From the NCBI RefSeq assembly GCF_009914755.1, contig NC_060925.1: a stretch of 64,000 nucleotides of DNA; one strand, 5' to 3'. The number at the start of each line of letters is the position of its first letter. The first letter of the stretch is position 1. The position numbers and the translations under genes were made by a program. Under the pieces are notes generated by a model. That model ran no database searches. It saw only the letters and a program-made list of their open reading frames with translations, and was not told the DNA's origin. The stretch comes from the human T2T-CHM13v2.0 reference genome, Homo sapiens. This document shows, piece after piece, positions 16,386 through 28,970 of this stretch.

Positions 16386-18436
16386 AAAGACACTGATATT
16401 AAGCACAAGAACAATCAGGCAAAGGCTCGGGGCCCGTTCACTGAAGACAGGCTCTGTTTTGTGTATTAGTACGATGGTATGCTGATATTTTAGTGCACTG
16501 CGTAGTTGTTATACCTATAAACTGTTGAGTGTTGGCCAAGGCTCATTGCTGTAGGGCAGGCTCAGATAGAGGGATTCCAGCCAGACTCCATCAACATGTG
16601 AGAAACTTTCTCCCACAGAAGCTGCCGTCATTGAACGTGATCTCAGGTTACACCAAAGGATTAGGCACCTCCCAGCTCTAGCCTTCCAGGAGGAAGGAAG
16701 GAAGGAAATCCATCAGTCTGAGCCTCCTCTATGCCAGGTTCTGTGTTAGGCACCCTCACATGAGATTGTATCTGATCCTTAGAGTCACCCTTTGAGGACA
16801 CGGAGACTCAGAAAGGTAAAATAACTTACCCAAGGTCACAAAGCTACCAAGTCAGGCTGCTGGAATCAGCGTCAAGGTCACTAGTGGCTTTCTTTGATAG
16901 CCACGGCTACGTCGACATCCCAGCAAGGGCCTCAGTGGCTTTGAGCCAGGCGTCCCAGCAGAGCTGAGCAGGAGAAGAAGAAACTGCTGGTGACCAGGTG
17001 GGAGCTAGGAGCAGGCATGGGACCTGCTCAACGCAGATTCCCAGTAGGGTGTACCAGGGTCAAGTGTGAAAGTCAGAGCTCTGAGATTCTGTGGAGCCTT
17101 CATATTTAGTGAGCAGTTAACCTTCATAGCACTTCTCGGATGGGTTATTTACGCTCCCACTTTATGGTTTAGAACTTGCTATAGAGTTCACACATCTAAT
17201 AAGTGGCAAAAACAAGGATATGAACTGAAACCTCTGGATTATCTGTCTTGTGTTTTTTCTCCTCTTCACAAAAGGAGTTATTTTATCTTCAGTGATTATA
17301 CTCACAGGCAAACTGGACCTACAGACAGATCACACTGCATAAAAGCTGGGGCAACTAGGGAAGGTTTCTCAGACCTCTCTAACTTGTAAATAACAGCACA
17401 GTCCTTCAAACAAGGCCCTATATGCTTGTCTTTGGGGCCTCTAAGAAGAGAGCTTGAAATTCTACATCCAATCCCACAGCTAGCCTCTTGGTGACAGACT
17501 GGATAGTGACACCATTCCGAAGCATGACCTGAGGGCATATCAGCCATGTGGCTCAGGCCGGTCTGGCCACCTAGACCAATCCCCCTGAGGACAGTCTCCT
17601 TCCAATCAACCACAGCAACTACTCCTTTAGCTTACAACTAAGACTTCTCCAGCTTGTGTATTCTAGCCAGGCTAGGCTGGCTCGCAAATCCACATGTGAT
17701 AAGAATATGAGTAGTAATTTATAACTGCATAGCACCTCTGTTTACAAGGTGTTTCAACATATATTGAGGGGCGTGAAAAACCCAGAAGACTAAAATACCT
17801 CACCTTTCCCAAATAGCATGCTGGTGGCCTGAAAAAAAACATGATTTAAAACAGGTCTGTCCTGGGGTGGGAGTGAGGAGGGGGCAGTCCAGAGGAGATG
17901 TTACACAGCTCCACTCAACAAGGACTGCATTGTGTAATTCTCTGATCATTTTCTTGGTTGTGGTTTGCAATCTGTTAACAATTTTTTTTTGCCCCAGAAC
18001 AGCTGAGAATGCGTAGATCCTGGCATTTAGGTTCAAATCATCCTTGTCAGTAGAGGATTTAGGACAACCATCAGACAGCTGGTAGATCTGCAGGCACTTC
18101 CCACCCTCTGGGCTTCTTCAACCCAGGAGCAGCGCAAGATGCAGGGGCTGAGCTCACCTCTGACCCAGCTGCTCCTGTCCTCAGCACACCAGAGGCCACC
18201 AGGGACCGGGACATTCACCATTCCTCGGAATGCACTAAACCATTCGCAACAGCTGCGTTCAAACACCGAGGGGTATTTCAAAATGTTACTAAAACTCAAC
18301 TTTAAACTTATAAAAACATCAATTCAACCCATGGACTATTACTTTTCAGAAACATTCTTGAACTTGGGCTGTTAAGCCATTGTCACTATGCTAAGTATAC
18401 CTTCTATTAAATAGAATCTATTAATCTAATAAAAGC

Positions 18437-18746
18437 TTTTTTTTTTTTCTTTTTTTTTTTCTAAGACGGAGTTCTACTCTCGTCATCCAGGCTGGAGAGT
18501 AGTGGTGTGATCTTGACTCACTAAAACCTCCGCCTCCTGAGTTCAAGTGATTCTCCTGCCTCAGCCTCCCCAGTAGCTGGGATTATAGGCATGTGCCACT
18601 ACGCCCAACTAATTTTTGTATTATTAGTAGAGACAGGGTTTCACCATGTTGGCCAGGCTGGTCTCGAACTCCTGACCTCAGGTGATCCACCTGCCTCAGC
18701 CTCCCAAAGTGCTGGGAATACAGGCAATGAGCCACCGCACCCGGCC
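18437..18746 (-). mobile_element. AluS
   Basis: Poly-T plus full dimer. Confidence 0.95.
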
Positions 18747-19498
18747 CAAGATTTTTTTTTTTAACTCAAAATCCAATTTTTTTCTCCAAAAAGTACACAA
18801 AAAGCTTCCAATTTGCAGACAGCAGACATGCCTGGGTATAAATAAACTGCAGATGTTTGCATGTGGACCTTCGCATCGTACATCCTTCTGATTAACCCTG
18901 AGCTAAAGGCTGGTGTATTTGCGTGTCTGAGGGAACATCTTGCTTTGTTAAAGAGAAGGCAGTAGTTACAGAAACCAATGGTTCTGAAGAGGAATAACTA
19001 AAACCATTTTTCAGATGAGGGCATTGATACAGCCCAGAGTTAGGGCTTTAAATCAATGTTTTAGAGGAAAAAAGCTGCATAGATTCTGGACCTTACATCT
19101 TTGCTTCAACCTTGAAGATCTGACATTGTGACAGGGTAGGTTACTTACTGCCTGGGAAAATGTACTGCTCATTTTAACTAGGGATAATTCTGCAGACTTT
19201 CTGGCCACTGTCAGTTAAAACACTTGTGACGAGTCAGTCAGTTCCACTCATGCAAACTAATGAAACACCACATTGTCCTACCACATGCTCCCACAGCACA
19301 AGAGGCCGAAGGAATTAGGCACTCACAGCTGTTCCCAGGAATGTGTGCCTCCACGTACCCACAGGCAGGAAAAAGACCTGAATGGTATCCAAGCACTGAT
19401 CCCTCAGCTATCCTAGCAACACAGACATCCCGACAACAGGAACCAGTCCCCTCTCAGCCCAAGGAAGATTCCAGATTTGAATACAAATTCATCCTTGA

Positions 19499-19844
19499 GA
19501 ATGAATTAACAGCATTTGCAGTGACCTGGATGAGATTGGAGACTATTATTCTAAGTGAAGTGACTCAGGAATGGAAAACCAAACATCATATGTTCTCACT
19601 GATATGTAGGAGCTAAGCTATGAGATGCAAAGGCATAAGAATGATACAATGGACTTTGGGGACTTGGAGGGAAGAGTGGGAGGGGAGCGAGGGATAAAAG
19701 ACTACAAATAGGGTGCAGTGTATACTGCTTGGGTGATGGGTGCACCAAAATCTCACAAATCACCACTGAAGAACTCACTCATGTAACCAAATACCACCTG
19801 TATTCCAATAACTTATGGAAAAATATAAAAATAAATAATAATAA
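19499..19844 (+). mobile_element. 5'-truncated L1 (L1PB-like) 3' end
   Basis: Encodes the L1 ORF2 C-terminus NELTAFAVTWMRLETIILSEVTQEWKTKHHMFSLI, then 3' UTR and an A-rich tail. 14-bp TSD AAATTCATCCTTGA at 19485-19498 and 19845-19858. Confidence 0.92.
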
Positions 19845-20706
19845 AAATTCATCCTTGAAGATAAATGAATCAAGGGGATATCAGCTGAACAATGTGAATG
19901 TCAAGAGGAAATCCTGTCTGCAGACCTCTCAGAGAAACCTGGGTCTGCTTGCAGAACAAAGGCTCCTTCTGTGACATCAAGCAGCAGGTTTAAGAGCTCC
20001 CTGGCTTCTGGCTTTGGCCCTCTTTCAAAACCACAAGTACATCCAAGGGCAGCCAAGACAACAACAAAGCCAAGAGATACAGTCACCAAAAGAGAAGACC
20101 AACTCCCCCTTCCAGGCCTGCCTTCTGCCTGGCTCTCAGCAGGCAAGGCTCCATTCTCCCCAAAGTAGGTGTCCAAAGCACTGAATACAAGCAGGGTACT
20201 GACCCCTGTGCAAGAAGATAGCTCAGAGGATGCCCACAGCTGGTGCCAACATTCTTCGGAGGCTATGGAACACACTGTCTGGGGAAGGCCCTATAATACT
20301 TTCTAGGTTCTAATCCTAGCTCAGTTATCCATTAAGGTATGATCTTAGGTGCCTCAACATCCCTGAACCCATTTCCTCAACTCTAAATGATGACACTGAT
20401 GATGGTGATAACAATGTTCATAATGAAATCTGCTATGTCTCTCACACAGGGTTACAATGTTCAAACAAGGTAGTTTATGAACATATCCTTTAAGCTATCT
20501 GAAAACTATAAAATGTAGGAGATAACAATTAATAATATTAGGATAATTATTCATGTTATAATTATTGGGATAATTAATAATGGAGGAATTAATAATGGAG
20601 GAAATGACACATGTAGATATGAAAGCTTAATCATGCAAGTTTTAAGGTCAAAGAGGAGACTTCCTCTGCTTTGTCTTGGGCCTCCGAGAGGATGTATTTT
20701 CAATGA

Positions 20707-21026
<320 letters not shown>

Positions 21027-23719
21027 TATAAAGGTGACTTTTTAATGATTAACAAGCTAAACATATTTTTTTGGAAAAGAGCAAACTTGCAACAGAGTAC
21101 TTCACAAGACAAAGAGGTGCTTATCTGGAGGGCCTCCCTCTGAGCAAGATAGAGGAGGCAGGAGACATCCAAGGCGGCCCACTATCTTCATGCCAATACC
21201 CGTCAGGCCAATACCCAACATGATGAGATGCAATGTTTTCAGAGCTGACATCTGGGCAAGTCACTGTCAACTGAAATTAACCCCTGAATTCACTACGAAA
21301 AGAAAAAAAGAGGTGACTGAGCTGGAGTGAATGGTTGGTGTTTCGCAGCTCCTTTCAACTGGAAGAGTTGAATGAGAAGTTCCATTTCTCTCACTGTATT
21401 TTTGCTGTGGCACCTTTGGCAAAACCTCCTTCTCTAGAGCCTTGGGTTCTCATTCAGGCTGCTTGGTCCTAGCTCTGCATATGCAAAAACTTTGTTTATA
21501 TCATTGCTGGTTTCAAAAAGGAATTCAGGCAGCTTATAATCTTATTAAGAATACTTAACAAAAAAAGAATATAAGGTATTTTGTACTCCTCAAAATTGGG
21601 AACACCTCAGGAGATTTTTTTTTTAATGTGTTAGAGAAATAAATATATTAATAGTAGTACAGAGCAGGGTAGGACTTTACGACCCTTTAACAGAGAACCA
21701 TGTGCCTTCTCACTCAGCACAATTTTTGAGGGATATGCATTTGTTACTTCCTGTATTCATCTTTAACAATAAGATATTTTCAGTTAAGAAAAAAAGATGT
21801 GAATTTGGATTAATATAGCTCTCAATCATAAACAAACCCTAAACCAGGAGTGCTTGTTAAGTCTTCCACAGCCTGGACTTCAAACTCAGGACCTGCACCC
21901 ACCCTCCGATAAGATCTTTTACAGAAATATGACCTCTGTCCAAGTCAGTTTTCAAATCAAAAAGCTTTACACTCTTGGCAGCTTGACAGCTTGGACCTTG
22001 GGTGTTTACCAAGAACTTCCCCAAGATAGGAAGGGTGACTCCATCACTACTGCCTCCCCACCCACCCCCCTAGTGTGGAGTTTCCCTTTGTAAGAGCTGG
22101 CACCTAGCCAGGGCCTCAGAACTTCAAGGAGTAAGTCTATAAACTGTCTGTGTCTAGTACATGGTAGACATCTAGCTCAGGACAGTTTAAGTTAATAAAT
22201 GAAAAGCGGTCCACCATAAGCCAGCTAACAGTTGGTTCTGACTCCGTATCACACAGCCTGGCATCTGTGCTCATCTTTAGCAGGCCAGAAGTTACCTGTC
22301 TTTGCTGCTCACCTCCTGCATTCTTGCCCCTTAAGTGCCAATTATGCGATGTTAACAATCCTGTGCACAGGTATGCACCTCCATGTTCACCCATTCCAGC
22401 AGTGGCTGCCTGCCAACTTTCTGAGCTGGGAGGTCACCCACCTAGATTTTGTGGAGCCGGTCCAGGGCCTTCTAACCCCCAGGATACCCCAAGGAATGTC
22501 CTAATCTGGTGACAGAAGCAGTTCAGGGCTCTCTAGTGGTTTCTATGGAGATTATCTGGGCCTCCACTTATTTTCTTCTTGTACTACTGCAATTATGGAA
22601 CTGAGAATAATTCTGAACTCTTGTTCGCCTAGCTTTGCACCAACACCAACACTGTTCTCCTCTCAATGTGCTACACTCCAGCCACAGGCCATTCCAGTTC
22701 CTTTTGGGGTTTTCAAACATGCCAAACTTGCTCCCATCTCCAGTTCTCTGCACTTGACTTCCCCATGCCTGCAACAGCCTGGAAGGCCCATGGTTGCTTT
22801 CCCTCATTATACAAATATGAGCTTAAATATCATCTCAGAAACCTGTTCATCCTACCAAAAACGTACCACCTCCAATAAATCTCCAGCATATCACTCCATT
22901 TCCTCTATAGCATTTGGTATAATCTGCAGTTGTCTTATTTATTTGTATATACTACCTAATGCGCTCACTAGAATGTAAACTCTGGGAAGATATTGCTTCA
23001 GATGCTCCACTGCTACCCTGTTAGTCCACATATTTCCACCACCCTATAAAAGGGCAAGAACAGATTGCTCAATAATTTGGCTGCTAGAATGTTTTCAATG
23101 CTGGACCAGCCCTTCATTTAAGATAATCAGGACTGAGCAGAATTTTCCTGGTAAGCCCTGGGGCTTATGAAATCAACATACTCTAATATAGGTGCTCCAT
23201 ATATAAATATTGAACAAATAAATGAGCTAGGATCCAAGTGGCTTTGCGACAAGCTTGGACAAAAAGAGAGATAACAAAAGAAACAGTCCCATTCTTTACC
23301 AGATAGCATCACAGGCTGCTGATCTTCCCCAACAGGAAAAGGAGTGCAGTTTCCAAACTAGCTCTAACAGGCAGAAACCAATCACAGCCAGGCCCATTAC
23401 AAACCCAGAGAAAAAGCATTTACAACCATAAGGCTCATTTACCCAGATCTCTGTCACAGAGAGGGAAAAATCAATTCTTGTCCTAAAGTATTCTGAAGCT
23501 GACCTGCTGGTGCATCCACATAAAATTTTATTTCAGCATGCTGACAACTAAATATAAGGAGATATGGGGTCTAATTTATAGACATCCTGGCATCTCTATA
23601 GAAGTGGATGGACATAGTTCAGAATCTGATGCTATGATAAAAAGAAAATACTTGGGCTTTCTTTTAAGGGACTTAAGAGAGGAAGCTGGATTTTAAAATA
23701 TCCTCAAATGTTACATAAT

Positions 23720-24283
<564 letters not shown>

Positions 24284-24347
24284 ATAAAAACCTTTTAAAA
24301 AGCTGTTTAAGACAAATCATCTTCACTAGTGAAATTACAGAAGTTAC

Positions 24348-24664
24348 CTGAAGGTGAAGGTTTCGCCGTGCCGGTCCTGCCATGGGCTCTCCTGGATGCC
24401 ATCCTGGGTCACAGGCGAGTTCTGCCGTGGGGATTTGGAGTGGGGGAGGGTGCCCATGTGACTGAAGTCATCACAGGACCTTATGGGAGGAGGACCTTTT
24501 TTCTTCCGTGGAAGGGTGCCATGTATAGACACATCTTGATAGGCATCTGGGCGATGCTCAGCGAGAGGGGACCTGCTGCTCAGAAGGTCCATGGATGAGG
24601 CCAGGGGGAACTGGTGATTCACCGGCATGTTTCTGGGAAGGCTTGCAAATTTTCCTGCAGCCAT
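24348..24664 (-). CDS. BCAR3: BCAR3 first coding exon, coding part (317 nt; codons 1-105 plus 2 nt of Arg106)
   Basis: ORF 24344..24817(-) contains MAAGKFASLPRNMPVNHQFPLASSMDLLSSRSPLAEHRPDAYQDVSIHGTLPRKKKGPPPIRSCDDFSHMGTLPHSKSPRQNSPVTQDGIQESPWQDRHGETFTFR, which I recognise as the human BCAR3 N-terminus. ATG context is AATTATGG (-3 A, +4 G). The donor CAG|GTAACT ends the exon at 24348. I found no later coding exon in the window. Confidence 0.96.
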
Positions 24665-24675
24665 AATTCTCAACT
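24348..24675 (-). other. BCAR3: BCAR3 ATG-containing exon (328 nt including 11 nt of 5' UTR)
   Basis: Acceptor with polypyrimidine tract CTTTTCTTTCCCCCTTAG|AGTTGAGAATTATG (AG at 24677-24676); donor CAG|GTAACT. Confidence 0.92.
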
Positions 24676-25659
24676 CTAAGGGGGAAAGAAAAGAGTGAAG
24701 GTATAAATCTATGAGAGTCACAAGAACTGACTTCCTACTTACAAAAGGAAATGGAAATATGCCACATAAAATGAAATATTCACAGACCATTAACAGATCA
24801 ACATTTAATGGCATCACTAGTGGAGTCTAATAAGAATGGGAAGTTTACTTATCTTCCTCCTGAAATGATCCTACATAGGAATTGTCCTGGGTTGGCAGCA
24901 AAACCAAGAGGGCAAACACTTTCAGAGTTGTTAGAGGCATATAAGCCATGCACAACCAGCAAAAAAAGATGATTAAGAGAGGACTCATAGTTGCAGTAAT
25001 AAATGTACGAAAGAAAATATTATAAACTGTTAGATAATTAGCTCACATTATTTTCACTGCCCTGTAAATGATAAGAACAGGCAGGGATTATTGAAATTCT
25101 TTAGCTGCTAGAATTGTCTTCAGTGCCAGACCAGTCCTCAGTTGTGCTACACAGGATGGGACAGAATTTTTCTGGCAAAGACCCAGTGTTTATAAATAAA
25201 TCAATGCACTCTAATTAGTGAACACGGGCTAGGGTCAGGGTCAGGAGGTGGGCCATTCTGCCATACACCAGCAGGCTCAGCTGCAGAGGAAAGCCACTGG
25301 GGTGGGGGCTGCATGTACATGGCCCCCACAGAGGGGTCAGGATCTGCCTGCCACCAGCAGGGTTAGGTAATGCCCATGGGTGCCTGTACAGTCGGGGAAG
25401 AAGAGACAGGAGAAGGGAAGAAGAAAAGAAAAAAAATGGTGGGGGGCAAAGGAAGCATGGAAAGGGAAAGGAGAATGGCACGTCAGGCTGTGTGCAGCAA
25501 GTAGCCCCGACACTCTCTCCTATCTAGGACCATGAGTAGAAGCATTTACCCTGAGCAGAGTCAGTGCCTCCAGCTCCAAAGCAAACTATGGTTTTGGCCT
25601 AAGACAAATTATATAATACATTTTTAAGGCCAACACACAGAGGAAAAGAAATAGGAGAC

Positions 25660-25684
25660 AAAAAAAAAAAAAAAAAAAAAAAAA
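25660..25684. repeat. poly(A) mononucleotide run (25 nt)
   Basis: Perfect A run with no recognisable SINE body next to it. Confidence 0.95.
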
Positions 25685-26769
25685 GGCTGGCCCCTGGAGA
25701 TAGAGGCTCCAGGATCTGTCTTATACTAGTCATGATATCAGACTCTGGTCTGGACAGCACTGCAGGGTGGCCAAGCCCAACATACAGCCCTTCCCACGGG
25801 CTGGTGAGGAGAGCTGCCCCTTAGTCTGTTCTCCAACCCAGCAGCCCTCTTTCCTCACAAACCACCCTTTCCACTGCATTACTCAGGGAAGAGCTTTGCA
25901 TGAAAATCCTCACTTAATAGCACTACTGCAGAGTCAGTTCTACAAAGGAACTGCGGACTTGGGACGTGGTTTGAAGACAACCAAGAAGAATGCAACCCTC
26001 CACAAGCTGATAGAAGTGGAGCCGAGACAATGACATTAGAGTGTGTAAAGAAAACGCATGTGTTTGTATGTGTGTGTACAACAAAACACACACGTTCCAC
26101 TGCTTCCACATGAGATAGGGGAAAGTACAGAAGTCCTGGGGGTGAGATGGAAGGAGCATCTTTACTGAAGGTGTACAATCTTAACTCTGTCCTCGGTTCA
26201 TTGTCAAATCCAGTAATTCTGGGGGCTGCCTGCTCCACGTCCAACTGGGACCACACAGAAGGTCTGCTCACAGTGGGTGCAGAACAATAGGACAGAGTCC
26301 TGTGCAGCCCCTCCCAGCTCTGGCCAGTACCTGGCACACTGTCAGCACTTGCTCAATGCTAACCATCCTTATTAGAAAGGAAACCAAACTCCCTAGCCCC
26401 ACCGCCTGAACACAAGTGACGTAAACCGACTAGGATTCTTCCACCCTACACACACACATACACACCACAGTTGTGACTTCTCACAGACAGGACTGGGTCA
26501 TTTCAAAGAACCTCGTGGGGAGGCCTGCAGCACCCTACAGAACTTCTTCATGTGCATAGGGCCACACTGTTGATCAAATCTATTTCCAATAGCATGATGG
26601 GCAAAAGTCACCCTAGCACCACTGCCTTTGGCAGCCTGTTTCCTCTCTGCTTCCCCAAGATCTACTTAGACTTCAAGATTGTCCTAAAGTGTTCTAAAAT
26701 GTCCTTCAAGTTACCAACACCTCAATTTATTCTCCAATAACAAGGGATGTTAATACTTCCCCTTCTTAC

Positions 26770-27600
26770 CTTCAATTCAACAAACATTTAAGTGCCTATT
26801 TCATACAAGACACCTGGAGAAACAAAGATGCCTAAGGCCCAATACCTGACTATGAACTCTAAGAGAGAATAATTCATAGAGGCCCTTATGCTGAAAGGAA
26901 CAATTAATTTTGACAAAAGGACTTGAGAAGGCTCAGAGAGGGCAACAATAGAGACAAAGCATTTTGAAAAGTTAACATGTGGGGAAAAGCCTCCCGGGAG
27001 GATGGCAGATGCATAAAGGCATGGAAGTGACCCCACAGGCTCAGGACATTCCCAGTTGTGTGCTGTGGCTCGAGTGAAGCCGAGAAGCATTTCCCAGAAG
27101 CAACTTAGGTTAGCATCAGACCATGGAGTCTTGAAGGCCCTGCCAAGGTGTCTGGACTTGACTGGAAGTGCTAGGGAAGATCTGGAAGGGAAGGACCGAA
27201 CCCAGTCTGTACCCAAGTAGGTGACTCTGGTTGTTCTGGAGGGGAGAGAAAAAGGAGGCAGGGAGGTTACTGAGGCTGATGGTGAAACCCATGGAGGAAC
27301 AATGAAGAATTCTGACCTGGGGCAGCAGCTGGGTAAAGGGAGAGAAAGGAGAGAGTGATGAGACATCAGAGCTTGAGGCATCTGGCTGGAAGGAAGGAGC
27401 CTACAGCCACAGAAGGTGGTGCGATGCTGTAACATGCCAACTAGTTTCAGAAGGGGACCCACCCCTGCAGGAACCAAGCACAGCACTGGAGCTGCTGCAT
27501 GTGAGGTATCAGCAAACAATTTGGTCTAAGAGGAGGTTAGATACTGGTATGCACAATTAGAAGTGAGGGCAGATGGAGATTTTTAGGAATCATCAACATA
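26770..27600 (-). mobile_element. L2 fragment
   Basis: Starts ATTCAACAAACATTTAAGTGCCT (L2 3' end, antisense) followed by a purine-rich body. Confidence 0.6.
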
Positions 27601-27793
27601 AAGGCAATATTTAAACCAGAGAGTAGATCCCTTAACTTGTTATTATCAGATGTGATAACAGCTGTGAAGTACCTCTTAAACTGTCAGGAATCATACAATA
27701 CCCATGAATTATACCCCTGCTCTCTCTCACCATGGCTTCTTCAAGCCTATAAGGACCAAAGCAAGGAATGAGTTCTACTATAAAAACGTAAAC

Positions 27794-27956
27794 CATTGGT
27801 TCTCAACCTGGCTACACATAAGAATCCTCTGGGAAGCTTTTAAAATCCTGATGCCCAAGCCTCAGCCCAGAACAATAAAATGAGAATCTCTGTGGGCGGG
27901 ACATTAGCATCAGTCTCCAGTATTGACCAATGTGAAGCCAGGATTGAGAACCACTG
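27794..27956. mobile_element. MER5A hAT-Charlie MITE
   Basis: Terminal inverted repeats CATTGGTTCTCAACC ... GATTGAGAACCACTG with a typical internal body. Confidence 0.8.
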
Positions 27957-28039
27957 GATTAGTGAGTCTTTTTGGTACACAGCAATTGAGTCATAATTGT
28001 TTACCTGCAAAACAGAATTCAATGATGATGAAGGAGTAT

Positions 28040-28620
28040 CATTCAATCAATAGAAACATTGATTCTTCAATGCATACATTCATGGAGGGTCTCCTTTATG
28101 GCTGGCACTATGCTAGGTGTTGGGGACAGCATTAAACAAGACAGAAGTGGTCTGTCCTCATGAAGCTAATAATACTCTGGAGGAAGCAGACAATAAATTA
28201 TGACCATAAGTACTGGTAATTCCCAGTCCATTTTTCTAGATAAGGGAAATAAATGTTCATTTGATATATATTCTCTGAGGGCTTATGGTGTACCAAGGCT
28301 AAGGATATAATAAATTAGACAAGCTCCTGCTCTCATGGAGGAATCCAACCTATACAAACAAGAAAATGAGTTAACATCCAAGTTGTAAGCACGCTAAGGA
28401 ATATAAACAGGATGAACTGACAAAGGATGACTGTTGCGGGTGGAGAGCTACTTTACATTAGGGTGGACTGGGAAGGCCTCTCTGAAAAGGTAACAATGAC
28501 ATGAGACCTGAAAAAAGGCAAGGGAAGGAGCCAGTCAAAAAAAGGTCTGAAGGGGGTTCCAGGCAAGGGATCTGGCAAATGCAAAGGTCTTGCCATAGGA
28601 ACAAGCGGTTGGAATGACAG
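28040..28620 (-). mobile_element. L2 fragments
   Basis: GGCACTATGCTAGGTGTTGGGGACAGC...GGAAGGCCTCTCTGAAAAGGTAACA...TGAGACCTGAA. Confidence 0.6.
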
Positions 28621-28754
28621 CTGATGGAGACTAAACCCAAGTCTCCAGCCTCTGGCTCCCATGTTTTCTCCACTTGGAAATATTTCTGTCTCAATGTCCC
28701 TAGTCATTATATACTTCTTATGTACCATTTGATTTTTTAAAAATAAAATGGTAT

Positions 28755-28970
28755 GACTCAGAACCTAGGCTTTGGAGGCAGATATCTACAGGTTCAAATC
28801 TCTACTCTGCCACTGACTTACCAGCTGTATGGCCTGGGACAAGTTACTCAACCTGACGGTTTCTCATTTTAAAAAATGACTTAACAGCTATTTCATAAGA
28901 TTGTTGTAAAGATTAAAAGTGATTGTGTATACAAAGTTCTTGAAATACTGCAAACACTTAGTAAATAGCA
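28755..28970 (+). mobile_element. MIR
   Basis: GGTTCAAATCTCTACTCTGCCACT...CTGGGACAAGTTACTCAACCT. Confidence 0.75.

Noticed and set aside
19260-19616. 118-aa ORF with a protein-like C-terminus
   Set aside because: The C-terminus is the end of L1 ORF2 from a truncated L1 with a TSD; the N-terminus is flanking DNA.
20527-20602. Short direct repeats (AATTAATAATGGAGG twice)
   Set aside because: A local slippage duplication in AT-rich sequence, with no repeat-spacer architecture.
24329-24598. 89-aa ORF antisense to the BCAR3 exon
   Set aside because: Non-ATG start; a typical shadow frame of a coding exon with no support.
24676-24817. N-terminal part of the 157-aa ORF (MMPLNVDLL...LSPL)
   Set aside because: It is intronic: the frame runs through the polypyrimidine tract and acceptor. 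The recognisable protein starts at 24664.
26788-27519. Longest ORF in the track (243 aa, -)
   Set aside because: Lies in a decayed L2 with no domain similarity I recognise and no exon context.
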